Source: Gammaproteobacteria bacterium
GTDB lineage: Bacteria; Pseudomonadota; Gammaproteobacteria; SZUA-140
Direction of reading: 5' to 3'
DNA length: 64,000 bases
Assembly: GCA_034002745.1 (NCBI GenBank)
Contig: JAVEZY010000006.1
Coordinates: 12,667 to 76,666, forward strand
Shown here: positions 19,115-27,604 of the stretch, piece by piece
Numbering within the stretch: the first letter of the stretch is position 1
Layout: each line of letters opens with the position of its first letter
Program-made: the position numbers and the translations under genes
Notes under the pieces: generated by a model
The model's database searches: none
What the model was told of the DNA's origin: nothing
What the model saw: only the letters and a program-made list of their open reading frames with translations

Positions 19115-20453
19115 CGCTGTTCGCCGCCGGCCGCGCAGCCTGCCGTTCGGGCATCGTCGCCTCGCCGGGGACGATCCTCGCGTACAGGTGCTCCCGGGTC
19201 CAGGGCACCTCGTTGTCGCCAGCGCGATTGAACGCCACCTGGAAGAGTTGCAGTTCGCCGGTCAGAAAGGCGGCGATGGAGCCGCAAAGATACAGCCGCC
19301 ACGAACGGACGAAGTTGTCGTCGAACATGTGCCGGATCTCCCCGGCGGCGGCATCGAAGCGCGCCAGCCAGTGCTCGATGGTGCGCGCGTAGTGCAGGCG
19401 GAGATTTTCCACGTCGAGCACCGCGAAGCGATGCGGCTCCAGGATGCCCATCATCTGGTCGAGGCTGGGCGGGCACGCGCCGGGGAATATGCGGCGTTCG
19501 ATCCAGGCATTCATCTGGCCCGGCTTGGCGCGGCCTATGGTGTGGATCAGCCCGCGCCCATTGTCGCGCAGCACCCGGTCGATCACGTCGCCGAGCGCCG
19601 GATAGTAGCGGATGCCGACGTGTTCGAGCATGCCGACAGAAACGAACGCGTCGTAACTTCCGCTGATATTGCGGTAATCGTCCTCCACGAACTCGACGCG
19701 GTCAGCCAGCCCTTCGTCTCTCGCCCGCGCCCGGGCCCAGGCGATCTGTTCGCGGGAGATGTTGTAGGCCCGCACCCGCACACCGTAGTGGCGCGCCATG
19801 AAGAGTGCGAGCGATCCCCAGCCGCAACCCGCCTCGACCACCGAATCGCCGGGGCGCAGGCGAAGCTTGCGGCAGACGTGATGCATCTTGGCGGCCTGCG
19901 CCTCCTCCAACCCGGCCTGGGGATGGGGAAAGTAGGCGCAGGTGTAGACCATCTCGCGATCCAGCCACAGACGGTAGAAGTCGTTACCGAGATCGTAATG
20001 GGCGTGGATGTTGTCGCGGGCGCGGCCCAGGCTGGTCGAGCGTGGCCGATGCAGCCACCAGCCGAAAAAACTCGCCCTGCCGCGGCGCTGCCTGGCGGCA
20101 GCCGAAGCGCGATAGACGCAGGTCAGGAACTCGACCAGATCGCCCTCGACCTCCACGTCCCCGCGCGCATAGAGATCGCCGAAGTAGAGCCAGGGATCGA
20201 AAAGCAGGGGCCACAGTGCGCGGCCTTCGCGGATATGCACTTGCATGGCGGGCACGGCGCCGTTCTGCGGAGACAGGCGCTCTCCGTTCCACAGCGCGAC
20301 GTGCAGGGGCGGATCGCCAAGACCTGCCAGAAGATACCTGAGCACGCGATGCCTCAACCCGCGCTGCTCTGTCCGCCCTTCCTGCGCCTTACGCACCGAT
20401 GATGCCGGCGGGATGGATCTCAGCCCGGCGACACCTTGCTCATGGTCGTCCAT
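19107..20453 (-). CDS. Cyclopropane-fatty-acyl-phospholipid synthase-family SAM methyltransferase
   Basis: NIHAHYDLGNDFY, MVYTCAYF, EAGCGWG, FVSVGMLEHVG, RRIFPG, ENLRLHYARTI, WRLYL. Confidence 0.92.
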   Translation of the reverse strand: MDDHEQGVAGLRSIPPASSVRKAQEGRTEQRGLRHRVLRYLLAGLGDPPLHVALWNGERLSPQNGAVPAMQVHIREGRALWPLLFDPWLYFGDLYARGDVEVEGDLVEFLTCVYRASAAARQRRGRASFFGWWLHRPRSTSLGRARDNIHAHYDLGNDFYRLWLDREMVYTCAYFPHPQAGLEEAQAAKMHHVCRKLRLRPGDSVVEAGCGWGSLALFMARHYGVRVRAYNISREQIAWARARARDEGLADRVEFVEDDYRNISGSYDAFVSVGMLEHVGIRYYPALGDVIDRVLRDNGRGLIHTIGRAKPGQMNAWIERRIFPGACPPSLDQMMGILEPHRFAVLDVENLRLHYARTIEHWLARFDAAAGEIRHMFDDNFVRSWRLYLCGSIAAFLTGELQLFQVAFNRAGDNEVPWTREHLYARIVPGEATMPERQAARPAANSGD

Positions 20454-20541
20454 GCGCACGTACCCCGTAGTCTGCGTCCTCTTTCCCGATCAATCGTATA
20501 AGAGGCAGATTCCGCTTTCGATGGGGGTTAGCCCTTATGGA

Positions 20542-21102
20542 TCACTGAATGACAACCATGGTACCGAGGGAAACCCAGCCTGAAAGATCGTCTATCTGTT
20601 GGTCGGTAAGGGCGACACAGCCAAGTGTCCAGTCGAACAGGCGATGGTCCTCGGGGTCGTTGCGCCCGACCCCGTGGATGCCGATGTGGCCGCCGAGCGC
20701 GGTGTTCTGCGGCGGCACTTTTCCCCGCCGGCGGGCATCGAGGATGGCATGATAGGTCCGCTCATCGATCGCCTGGCCGCGCAGCGCCTCCTCGGCATGG
20801 CTGGCGGCGGGATAATCGAGGCCAAAGAATCGGTGGTACGGGCTGTCCGTGTTGACCCAGGAGATGTAGAACACGCCCATCGGCGTCTTGCCGTCGCCCT
20901 CGCGCCGGAACGGCGCCACTCCGCCGCGCCCGAAGGCAGCCCCCCGGAACATCTCGACGCGCTGGTCTCCCTTCATCACCGACACGGTGCGCTGGCTGCT
21001 GTCGACGAACAGCCAGACACGCGACTCATCGGCCGAGGCGACGGCGCCAAACCCGGCGAACAGCCCCAGGAGGGCAAGGATCCCATGCCGCCAGCACGTC
21101 AC
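20542..21102 (-). CDS. L,D-transpeptidase (YkuD) family exported protein
   Basis: Signal-like N-terminus, GDGKTPMG, catalytic HIGIHG…WTLGCVAL. GTG start overlaps the NUDIX stop (GTGA). Confidence 0.85.
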   Translation of the reverse strand: MTCWRHGILALLGLFAGFGAVASADESRVWLFVDSSQRTVSVMKGDQRVEMFRGAAFGRGGVAPFRREGDGKTPMGVFYISWVNTDSPYHRFFGLDYPAASHAEEALRGQAIDERTYHAILDARRRGKVPPQNTALGGHIGIHGVGRNDPEDHRLFDWTLGCVALTDQQIDDLSGWVSLGTMVVIQ

Positions 21103-21599
21103 GTCCGCACGTCTCCCGGATGCCCGCCAGCCAGGAATTCCGCCCCCGGCCGCCACCCCGGCGAGCATCCCGAATCGCGCCAGACGAGATAGTCGGCAAT
21201 GATGTGCTCGTGATCGAACGCCAGGGGAAGCGTGATGCGGGCAGGATCCACCAGCCGTACCGCCGCAGCATCGTCCCGCGCCTCGGGCGTCCCTTGGGCG
21301 GAACCGACATAGACCAGGCTCACGGTATGACCACGAGGATCGCGGCGCGGATCCGAATAACAGCCGAGCAGGCAGCGCAAGGTCACCTCCAGACCGGTCT
21401 CCTCCGCCGCCTCGCGGAGCGCGGCGCTCTCCACCGTCTCACCGGGGTCCACGAAACCACCCGGGATAGCCCACCCCGGAGGCGGATTCCGGCGTTCGAT
21501 CAGGACGATTTCGCTCCCGATCTCGATGATTATATCGGCCGCCACCGCCGGAGTTTTCGGGCGGCCTGACCCCACTTCATCGACGGCGCATGACGACAT
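21099..21599 (-). CDS. NUDIX hydrolase
   Basis: Nudix box GGFVDPGETVESAALREAAEETGL; SDPRRDPRGH; LAFDH. Confidence 0.92.
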   Translation of the reverse strand: MSSCAVDEVGSGRPKTPAVAADIIIEIGSEIVLIERRNPPPGWAIPGGFVDPGETVESAALREAAEETGLEVTLRCLLGCYSDPRRDPRGHTVSLVYVGSAQGTPEARDDAAAVRLVDPARITLPLAFDHEHIIADYLVWRDSGCSPGWRPGAEFLAGGHPGDVRT

Positions 21600-21672
21600 C
21601 GTGGACCTCTTGCTTTTACGCGGTTAGCCGCCCTATATTTTGCCACCTGATCGATATCATATCTGACGAGCC

Positions 21673-22071
21673 ATGGCCAAGAATTCCATCTGGTGCGGTT
21701 ACCTTGAAGCGGGACAGAAAAGCAGCGCCGTGGTGCGGGACGATCACCTCGACACCGGCAATCCCGATACCATCTATCTTTTCAACATGGCACGCAATGA
21801 AATCATTCCATACAACCGCGCCATCGTCGAACCAAAGCTGCGGGAGTTCACCGCGGACGAGGAAGAAGTCGCTTCCGAGTTGAAGGCGGCATACCTGCGC
21901 GCGCGCAAGCAGTTCAAGGTGCGTACCGAGCGACCGATGCCAACGACGTCGCGGACCACACGTCCCGCCCAGGAGGGCAAGCTCCCCGAAGACGACGACT
22001 CGTTCTCCTCGAGCGAGCCGGAATTCGAATCGGTGCTGGACGACGACTGGGACGCGGGCGACGACGACTGA
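21673..22071 (+). CDS. Hypothetical protein with acidic C-terminal tail
   Basis: 132 aa with coding-like composition. The globular N-terminus WCGYLEAGQKSSAVVRD is followed by a D/E-rich tail. Confidence 0.7.
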   Translation: MAKNSIWCGYLEAGQKSSAVVRDDHLDTGNPDTIYLFNMARNEIIPYNRAIVEPKLREFTADEEEVASELKAAYLRARKQFKVRTERPMPTTSRTTRPAQEGKLPEDDDSFSSSEPEFESVLDDDWDAGDDD

Positions 22072-22249
22072 GAAGGCGGAACGAGGGGAGATGCGAGGGG
22101 AGACTGTGGTACCTCTTTCGTGAGGAGAGGGAAGAGAAAAGATACAAGAGGAAAGCAAACGTGGCGCCTGCGGCGCGGCGACCAACCGGCCGATTGCTCA
22201 GCGGGTTGTGCCTTTCATCTTTTCTCTTTCCTCTTTCCTCTCCCTGTCC
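22072..22249. repeat. Heptamer-armed inverted element (purine-rich left arm, pyrimidine-rich right arm)
   Basis: Left units gaggaga-gggaaga-gaaaaga-tacaaga-ggaaagc (22122-22156). Right units tttcatc-ttttctc-tttcctc-tttcctc (22213-22240), complementary to the left arm. Confidence 0.65.
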
Positions 22250-22648
22250 TTAGGCCCTTCCGACGTTGGAATCATTCTGCGAGTGGTAGTACTCGCTTTC
22301 TTCGGCGTATTGCCGCAGCAGGCGCGCCATCTCCGCGACCCGCTTCTCGGCGGTGCTGAGTGGTGCACAATCCTCGCAACGGGGATTGTCGCAAGGCTCG
22401 CGCGAATACAGCCAGTATTGCACTGCGCCCGCGAGCAGGCCATCGGCGATGTCCCAGACGTCAGCGTCCTCGTCAGCCTGCGCCATGCTGTTGCCGAGGT
22501 CGACCGTCCGCCAGGCCGCTTCGTCGAACACCGCTTCAGCTTCTTCTTCGTCTTCAGTCACGTCTGCAATTACCTCCGCGAAAGCATGGATCCATTCTAG
22601 CAGAGCCCGATGGATTTTATGCTCAGGGTCCTCATTATGGACTAACAT
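22250..22648 (-). CDS. Hypothetical helical protein with a CxxxxCxxC motif
   Basis: 132 aa, acidic; YWLYSREPCDNPRCEDCAPL. Confidence 0.65.
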   Translation of the reverse strand: MLVHNEDPEHKIHRALLEWIHAFAEVIADVTEDEEEAEAVFDEAAWRTVDLGNSMAQADEDADVWDIADGLLAGAVQYWLYSREPCDNPRCEDCAPLSTAEKRVAEMARLLRQYAEESEYYHSQNDSNVGRA

Positions 22649-22681
22649 GTAGACAGGTTCGGATTAGGAAGAGGCCGAGCG

Positions 22682-23086
22682 ATGTCATCCCAGGATCCCA
22701 AGATCTGGATGTGGGCCGAGGCCTGCGGGCTTTTACAGCGCGCCGAGCGCCTGCACCGTCAATTCTTCCAGCTATCCGCCGAATCCGGGCAACCGGTATG
22801 GGAACCGCCGGCGGACATTTTCGAAACCGATAACGAATTCTGGATACTCATCGCCCTGCCCGGCGTCGCTCCAGCCGCCATGGAGATCACCGTCTCCGGC
22901 AACATCGTCCAGGTACGCGCGGAGCGCCCCTTGCCCGAAAACCTGCGCCGGGCCGCCGTGCAAAGGCTGGAAATCCCGTACGGTCGTTTCGTACGGGTGT
23001 TCGAACTGCCGGGGAGTGAACTCGAACTCGCCGCCCACGAGGCCCTGCATGGCTGTCTGGTGATGCAGATCAAGAAGCTGTTCTGA
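22682..23086 (+). CDS. Hsp20/alpha-crystallin small heat-shock protein
   Basis: WEPPADIFET, IALPGV, RLEIPYGRFVRVFELP, HGCLVM. Confidence 0.88.
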   Translation: MSSQDPKIWMWAEACGLLQRAERLHRQFFQLSAESGQPVWEPPADIFETDNEFWILIALPGVAPAAMEITVSGNIVQVRAERPLPENLRRAAVQRLEIPYGRFVRVFELPGSELELAAHEALHGCLVMQIKKLF

Positions 23087-23123
23087 TCATCAGCCGCGAC
23101 CGTCCCTGATCCAGGAGTCGATC

Positions 23124-25532
23124 ATGAACGAAACCGTCCACGAACCCGCACAAGCGACTCCCGAAGCCGCGGAGTCCGAACAGCACACCAGCTCCGAAAC
23201 GCCCGCCTACGATCTTCCGGAAGACGTCATCATCATCCTCCCGGTACGCGGTGTGGTGCTGTTTCCGGATGTGGTGCTGCCGCTCACCATCGGCCGCAGG
23301 CGCTCCATACTCGCGGCGCAGGAGGCGGTCAAGTCGAACGGCCCCATCGGCATCATTCAGCAGCGTGATCCGCACCAGGATCTTCCCAATCCGGACGACC
23401 TGCACGCCATGGGCACGGTCGCCAACGTGCTGCGTTACGTGACTTCGCCCGACGGCACTCACCACATCATCTGCCAGGGGTTGCGGCGCTTCCGGATAGT
23501 GGAATTCGTTCCCGGCTACCCCTTCTTCGCCGCCCGGGTGGAGAACATTACCGTCGAGGAGCACCTTACCCCCGAACTCGAGGCGCGCACCGATCACATG
23601 CGCCGTCAGGCACTCGAAGCGATCGAGCTGGTGCCGCAGGCGCCCGCCGAGCTGGCGGAAACGGTGCAGGCGGTGAAATCGCCAGGCTCACTCTGCGACC
23701 TCGTGACCAGCTTCATGGACCTGAAGGCGGCGGAGAAGCAGGAAATCCTCGAGATCATCGACGTCGAGGCGCGCGTCAAGCGGGTCGCCGAGCTGCTTGC
23801 CCAGCGCCTCGCCGTGTTGCGCCTGTCGCACGAAATCGAACGCCAGACGCGCGAAACCGTGGATCGCAGGCAGCGTGAATTTCTGCTGCGTGAACAGCTC
23901 AAGACTATCCAGCGCGAGCTCGGTGAGGATGAGCCGCGCGCAGCTGAGCACGATGAACTGGCCCGGGCCATCGAGGAAGCGGGCATGCCCGCAGAGGCTG
24001 AGGAGCAGGCGCTGCGCGAGCTCTCGCGTCTCGAGCGCATGTCGGAGGCGGCATCGGAATACTCCATGCTGCGCACATACCTCGACTGGATGGTCGCGCT
24101 GCCCTGGAACAAGCTCAGCGAAGCCGAGATCGACATCGCCCGCGCGCGAACGATCCTCGACGAGGATCATTACGGGCTGGAGAAGGTGAAGCGCCGCATC
24201 CTCGAATACCTCGCGGTGCTGAAACTCAATCCCGAGGGACGCAGTCCGATCCTGTGTCTGGTCGGGCCGCCGGGCGTTGGCAAGACCTCGCTCGGGCAGA
24301 GCATCGCGCGCGCCACCGGCCGCGCTTTCGTGCGGGTGGCGCTCGGCGGTGTACATGACGAGTCGGAGATTCGCGGTCACCGCCGCACCTATGTGGGCGC
24401 CCTTCCCGGCAATATCGTGCATGGCCTGCGCAAGGCGGGCACGCGCAATCCGGTGTTCATGCTCGACGAGATGGACAAGCTCGGCGCCGGATTCCACGGC
24501 GATCCGAGCGCCGCCCTTCTCGAGGTACTGGACCCGGAACAGAACTCCACCTTCCGCGACAACTACATCGCCGTACCATTCGACCTGTCGCGCGTTGTTT
24601 TCATCGCCACCGCCAACATGGCCGACACCATTCCGCGCCCCCTGCTCGATCGCATGGAAACCATCGCGCTGCCCGGTTACACCGACGAAGAGAAGATGGA
24701 GATCGCGAAGCGCTATCTCGTCCGCCGGCAGCTCGAGGCCACGGGCCTGACTGCCGGGCAGTGCACGCTGACCGAGGCGGCGCTACGGGCCATTGTCGAC
24801 GAATACACGCGCGAAGCCGGAGTGCGCAATCTGGAGCGCGAGATCGGCAACGTGTTCCGCCACGTTGCCATGCGGGTGGCCGAAGGAGAAACGGCCGCCG
24901 TCACCATCGACGCCGCAGACCTGAGCGGCATTCTGGGGCCGCGCAAGTTCGAGAGCGAGGTGGCGATGCGGGTCAGTGTGCCCGGCGTCGCCACCGGCCT
25001 CGCATGGACCCCGGTGGGCGGCGACATCCTCTTCATCGAGGCCGCGCGCAGCCCCGGCAACGGCAAACTGATCCTGACCGGTCAATTGGGCGATGTGATG
25101 AAGGAAAGCGCGCAGGCCGCGCTCAGCCTGGCCAAGAACCGCTGGGAGTCGCTCGGCATAGACCAGTCGATCTTCGCCGAGTCGGACCTGCATATCCATG
25201 TGCCCGCGGGAGCCATTCCCAAGGATGGGCCGAGCGCCGGCGTCGCCATGTACACGGCGCTGGTCTCCCTGCTCACCGGGCGCACCGTACGCAAGGACAC
25301 CGCGATGACCGGCGAGATCAGCCTGAGGGGCCTGGTGCTACCGGTAGGCGGCATCAAGGAAAAGGCGCTGGCCGCGGCCCGCGCCGGCATCACCACGGTG
25401 CTGCTGCCCGCCCGCAACCGTATCGACCTGGAGGACGTGCCGGAGTCGGCTCGCAAGCTGCTGAATTTCGTCTTGCTGGAAAACGTGGACGACGCCATCG
25501 AGGCGGCTTTCGGTGCGCCGCTGGAGAAATGA
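23124..25532 (+). CDS. lon: ATP-dependent Lon protease
   Basis: LON N-domain, Walker A GPPGVGKTS, RGHRRTYVGALPG, Walker B MLDEMDK, catalytic PKDGPSAG and GGIKEK. Confidence 0.97.
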   Translation: MNETVHEPAQATPEAAESEQHTSSETPAYDLPEDVIIILPVRGVVLFPDVVLPLTIGRRRSILAAQEAVKSNGPIGIIQQRDPHQDLPNPDDLHAMGTVANVLRYVTSPDGTHHIICQGLRRFRIVEFVPGYPFFAARVENITVEEHLTPELEARTDHMRRQALEAIELVPQAPAELAETVQAVKSPGSLCDLVTSFMDLKAAEKQEILEIIDVEARVKRVAELLAQRLAVLRLSHEIERQTRETVDRRQREFLLREQLKTIQRELGEDEPRAAEHDELARAIEEAGMPAEAEEQALRELSRLERMSEAASEYSMLRTYLDWMVALPWNKLSEAEIDIARARTILDEDHYGLEKVKRRILEYLAVLKLNPEGRSPILCLVGPPGVGKTSLGQSIARATGRAFVRVALGGVHDESEIRGHRRTYVGALPGNIVHGLRKAGTRNPVFMLDEMDKLGAGFHGDPSAALLEVLDPEQNSTFRDNYIAVPFDLSRVVFIATANMADTIPRPLLDRMETIALPGYTDEEKMEIAKRYLVRRQLEATGLTAGQCTLTEAALRAIVDEYTREAGVRNLEREIGNVFRHVAMRVAEGETAAVTIDAADLSGILGPRKFESEVAMRVSVPGVATGLAWTPVGGDILFIEAARSPGNGKLILTGQLGDVMKESAQAALSLAKNRWESLGIDQSIFAESDLHIHVPAGAIPKDGPSAGVAMYTALVSLLTGRTVRKDTAMTGEISLRGLVLPVGGIKEKALAAARAGITTVLLPARNRIDLEDVPESARKLLNFVLLENVDDAIEAAFGAPLEK

Positions 25533-25630
25533 GGGGCAAGGAACAGGGATCAGAGACGCGTTTCATACCGCGGGATTGCTGCCGCAGGGATGAAAAAAAA
25601 TGCGTCTCCGCCCCGATATCTAAAGCCTAC

Positions 25631-25715
25631 TGGTGCGCAGGGAGAGACTCGAACTCTCACAGGTTGCCCCACTGGTACCTAAAACCAGCGCGTCTACCGA
25701 TTCCGCCACCTGCGC
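25631..25715 (-). tRNA. tRNA-Leu (anticodon TAG)
   Basis: Minus strand GCGCAGGTGGCGGAATCGGTAGACGCG-CTGGT-TTTAGGT-ACCAG, long variable arm, GTTCGAGTC…GCACCA; 85 nt. Confidence 0.97.
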
Positions 25716-25738
25716 AGGGGAAGCGCGATAGTAGCAAC

Positions 25739-25955
25739 GAAAGTGAAAAGTGAAAAGTTGAAAAACAGGGCAAGGAGCCGGGCCCCCGCCGGGGTCAGAC
25801 CGCGGCTTGAGACTGCGCGAAGCGAAGGCGTTCTGTCCGGCGGATGAGGCTCCTGCCATCGGGTGGCAAACAGGGTCTGCCCCCTCCCCTGGCATCCGCT
25901 GGCCGGCATAGTCCAGGTCTTTCTTCTTCCTTCAACTTTTGCTTCCCGACTTCCC
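25739..25955. repeat. Mosaic element: heptamer arms (GAAAAGT)n and complement flanking GGGGTCAGACC / AGGGTCTGCCCC cores
   Basis: GAAAAGTGAAAAGTTGAAA (25745-25763) is identical to 44940-44958. The right arm contains CAACTTTT. REP-like cores at 25791 and 25872. Confidence 0.7.
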
Positions 25956-26777
25956 TCACAGCCGCGGCCCGCGCTCGGACTGCGCGTGCTCCTGCAGCTT
26001 TTGCACGACATAGTCATAGGCTTCATCGACAGAGTCGGTGAAGAACATCAGATCCACATCCTCCGGGCTGATGGTGCGGCTGCGGATCAGCGCATCGAAG
26101 TTGACTACTTCGCGCCAGAACTTGGTCCCGAACAGAACGATCGGGAGGTGCTTGCGCATCTTCCGCGTCTGTATCAGGGTCAGCAGCTCGAACAGTTCGT
26201 CCAGCGTGCCGAAGCCGCCGGGGAATACCAGCACCGCCTTGGCCAGATAGGCGAACCAGAACTTGCGCATGAAGAAGTAATGGAAGTGGAACGACAACTC
26301 GCGCGTGACGTACTGGTTGTCGAATTCCTCGATCGGGATGGAGATCGTGAGTCCGATGTTCATGCCGCGCGCTTCGGATGCGCCGCGGTTGGCCGCCTCC
26401 ATGATGCCGGGACCGCCGCCGGTGCAGACCACGAACCGGCGCGCCTCATCGCCGAGCTGCTTCGACCATTCCGTGAAGCGAAACGCAAGCTCCCGGGCGG
26501 CCTCATAGTAGCGCGCCATTTCCAGGTCGCGCTCGGCGGCCTCCACATCACCGCCGCTCTCCCGCGCCCGGCGCAATGCCGCCTCGGCATCGCTTTGCGA
26601 CAGCAGCCGCGCCGAGCCCATGAAGACGATGGTGTCTTCCACGGCATAGTGACGAAACCGGCCGTCGGGTTCGAGGTACTCGGAAAGTATGCGCAGTGGA
26701 CGCGCTCCACTGCTGCCGAGGAAAGCCTCGTTGCGGTAGGCTTCCGGTAACCGACGGATCTTCTTGTCCTTATCCAA
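25956..26777 (-). CDS. LOG-family (TIGR00730-like, SLOG) protein
   Basis: TIVFMGSAR, CTGGGPGIMEAANRGA, FHYFFMRKFWF, FPGGFGTLDELFE. TTG start after an AGGAGG RBS. Confidence 0.9.
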   Translation of the reverse strand: MDKDKKIRRLPEAYRNEAFLGSSGARPLRILSEYLEPDGRFRHYAVEDTIVFMGSARLLSQSDAEAALRRARESGGDVEAAERDLEMARYYEAARELAFRFTEWSKQLGDEARRFVVCTGGGPGIMEAANRGASEARGMNIGLTISIPIEEFDNQYVTRELSFHFHYFFMRKFWFAYLAKAVLVFPGGFGTLDELFELLTLIQTRKMRKHLPIVLFGTKFWREVVNFDALIRSRTISPEDVDLMFFTDSVDEAYDYVVQKLQEHAQSERGPRL

Positions 26778-26812
26778 GACTTCGCCTCCTTCCGCGGATT
26801 GATCTCTCACCT

Positions 26813-27175
26813 TCAGCGCATTGCGATGAGTTCGATGCCGTTGCCGTCCGGGTCGCGGCAGAAGCACGCCTCGCGTCCGGAGCGGCTGCGGGCAAGCGCC
26901 AGCCCGGCATCCTCCAGACGGCCCATCACCTCCTCGAGATCCTCCACCGCCAGCGCAAGATGCCGATCCCTTCCCACCGGCACCGTTCGATCCGCCTCCG
27001 GCCCGGGAAGCCGCAGCAGATGGATCTGCTGGTCGCCGAGCGACAGCCATGCGCCGGGATAACCGAGCTCGGGTCGCTGCACCTGCTGCAGACCGAGCAA
27101 CCCCTCATAGAAGCGAAGAGCGCGATCCAGGTCGGACACCAGAACACTGACGTGATGCAGTCGCGGACCGCTCAT
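26813..27175 (-). CDS. VOC/glyoxalase-family protein
   Basis: LHHVSVLVSDLDRALRFYEGLLGL, QIHL, HLALAV, RDPDGNGIEL. Confidence 0.9.
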   Translation of the reverse strand: MSGPRLHHVSVLVSDLDRALRFYEGLLGLQQVQRPELGYPGAWLSLGDQQIHLLRLPGPEADRTVPVGRDRHLALAVEDLEEVMGRLEDAGLALARSRSGREACFCRDPDGNGIELIAMR

Positions 27176-27301
27176 CGGCGCGGGGGACGAGGAAAGAAGT
27201 CGTGGCAGCGCGAGGCACTCATCATGCGTCATTCTAGCACGCGCCCGCGCGGAGCCGCCGCGCGCTTCTTCTTCGGCGCGGTTACCCATAGAATGTGCGA
27301 C

Positions 27302-27604
27302 ATGCCCCCTCAAGCGCGCATGCGACGCTATCGAGTCACTGCCTTCTACGAGCGCCCGGAACTCGAGCGCAATGCCGTGGTCGAGGCCGAATCCGTGGAA
27401 AGAGCAATGATCAAGGCGCTCATCGAACGCAAGGTACCGGCCGGCTTCACCCGGGACGAGTTCGGCTGGATCGAGCCTCTGTTCTGGAAGCCGGAAATGG
27501 CCGGATGGATGCGCTGGCCCCGCTTGCTCGCGGCCGATCGCCTGGGCTGGGGCGAGGACGAGAATCTGCGCTCGCTGCGTTTTTCCGTGGAAGAGGATTC
27601 ATGA
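27302..27604 (+). CDS. Small hypothetical protein, coupled to the downstream kinase
   Basis: 100 aa, Trp-rich; stop overlaps the next ATG (ATGA at 27601-27604). Confidence 0.6.
   Translation: MPPQARMRRYRVTAFYERPELERNAVVEAESVERAMIKALIERKVPAGFTRDEFGWIEPLFWKPEMAGWMRWPRLLAADRLGWGEDENLRSLRFSVEEDS

Noticed and set aside
467-25630. Intact genomic island bounded by the two tRNAs
   Set aside because: No duplicated tRNA 3' end (attR) was found by eye, there is no intact integrase, and the interval holds housekeeping-type genes (sthA, lon).
25956-27050. 364-aa LOG ORF and other N-terminally extended ORFs in the track (e.g. 5601, 27295, 35285, 57626)
   Set aside because: The extensions overlap neighbouring genes and lack motifs; downstream starts with RBS or coupling overlaps were used instead.
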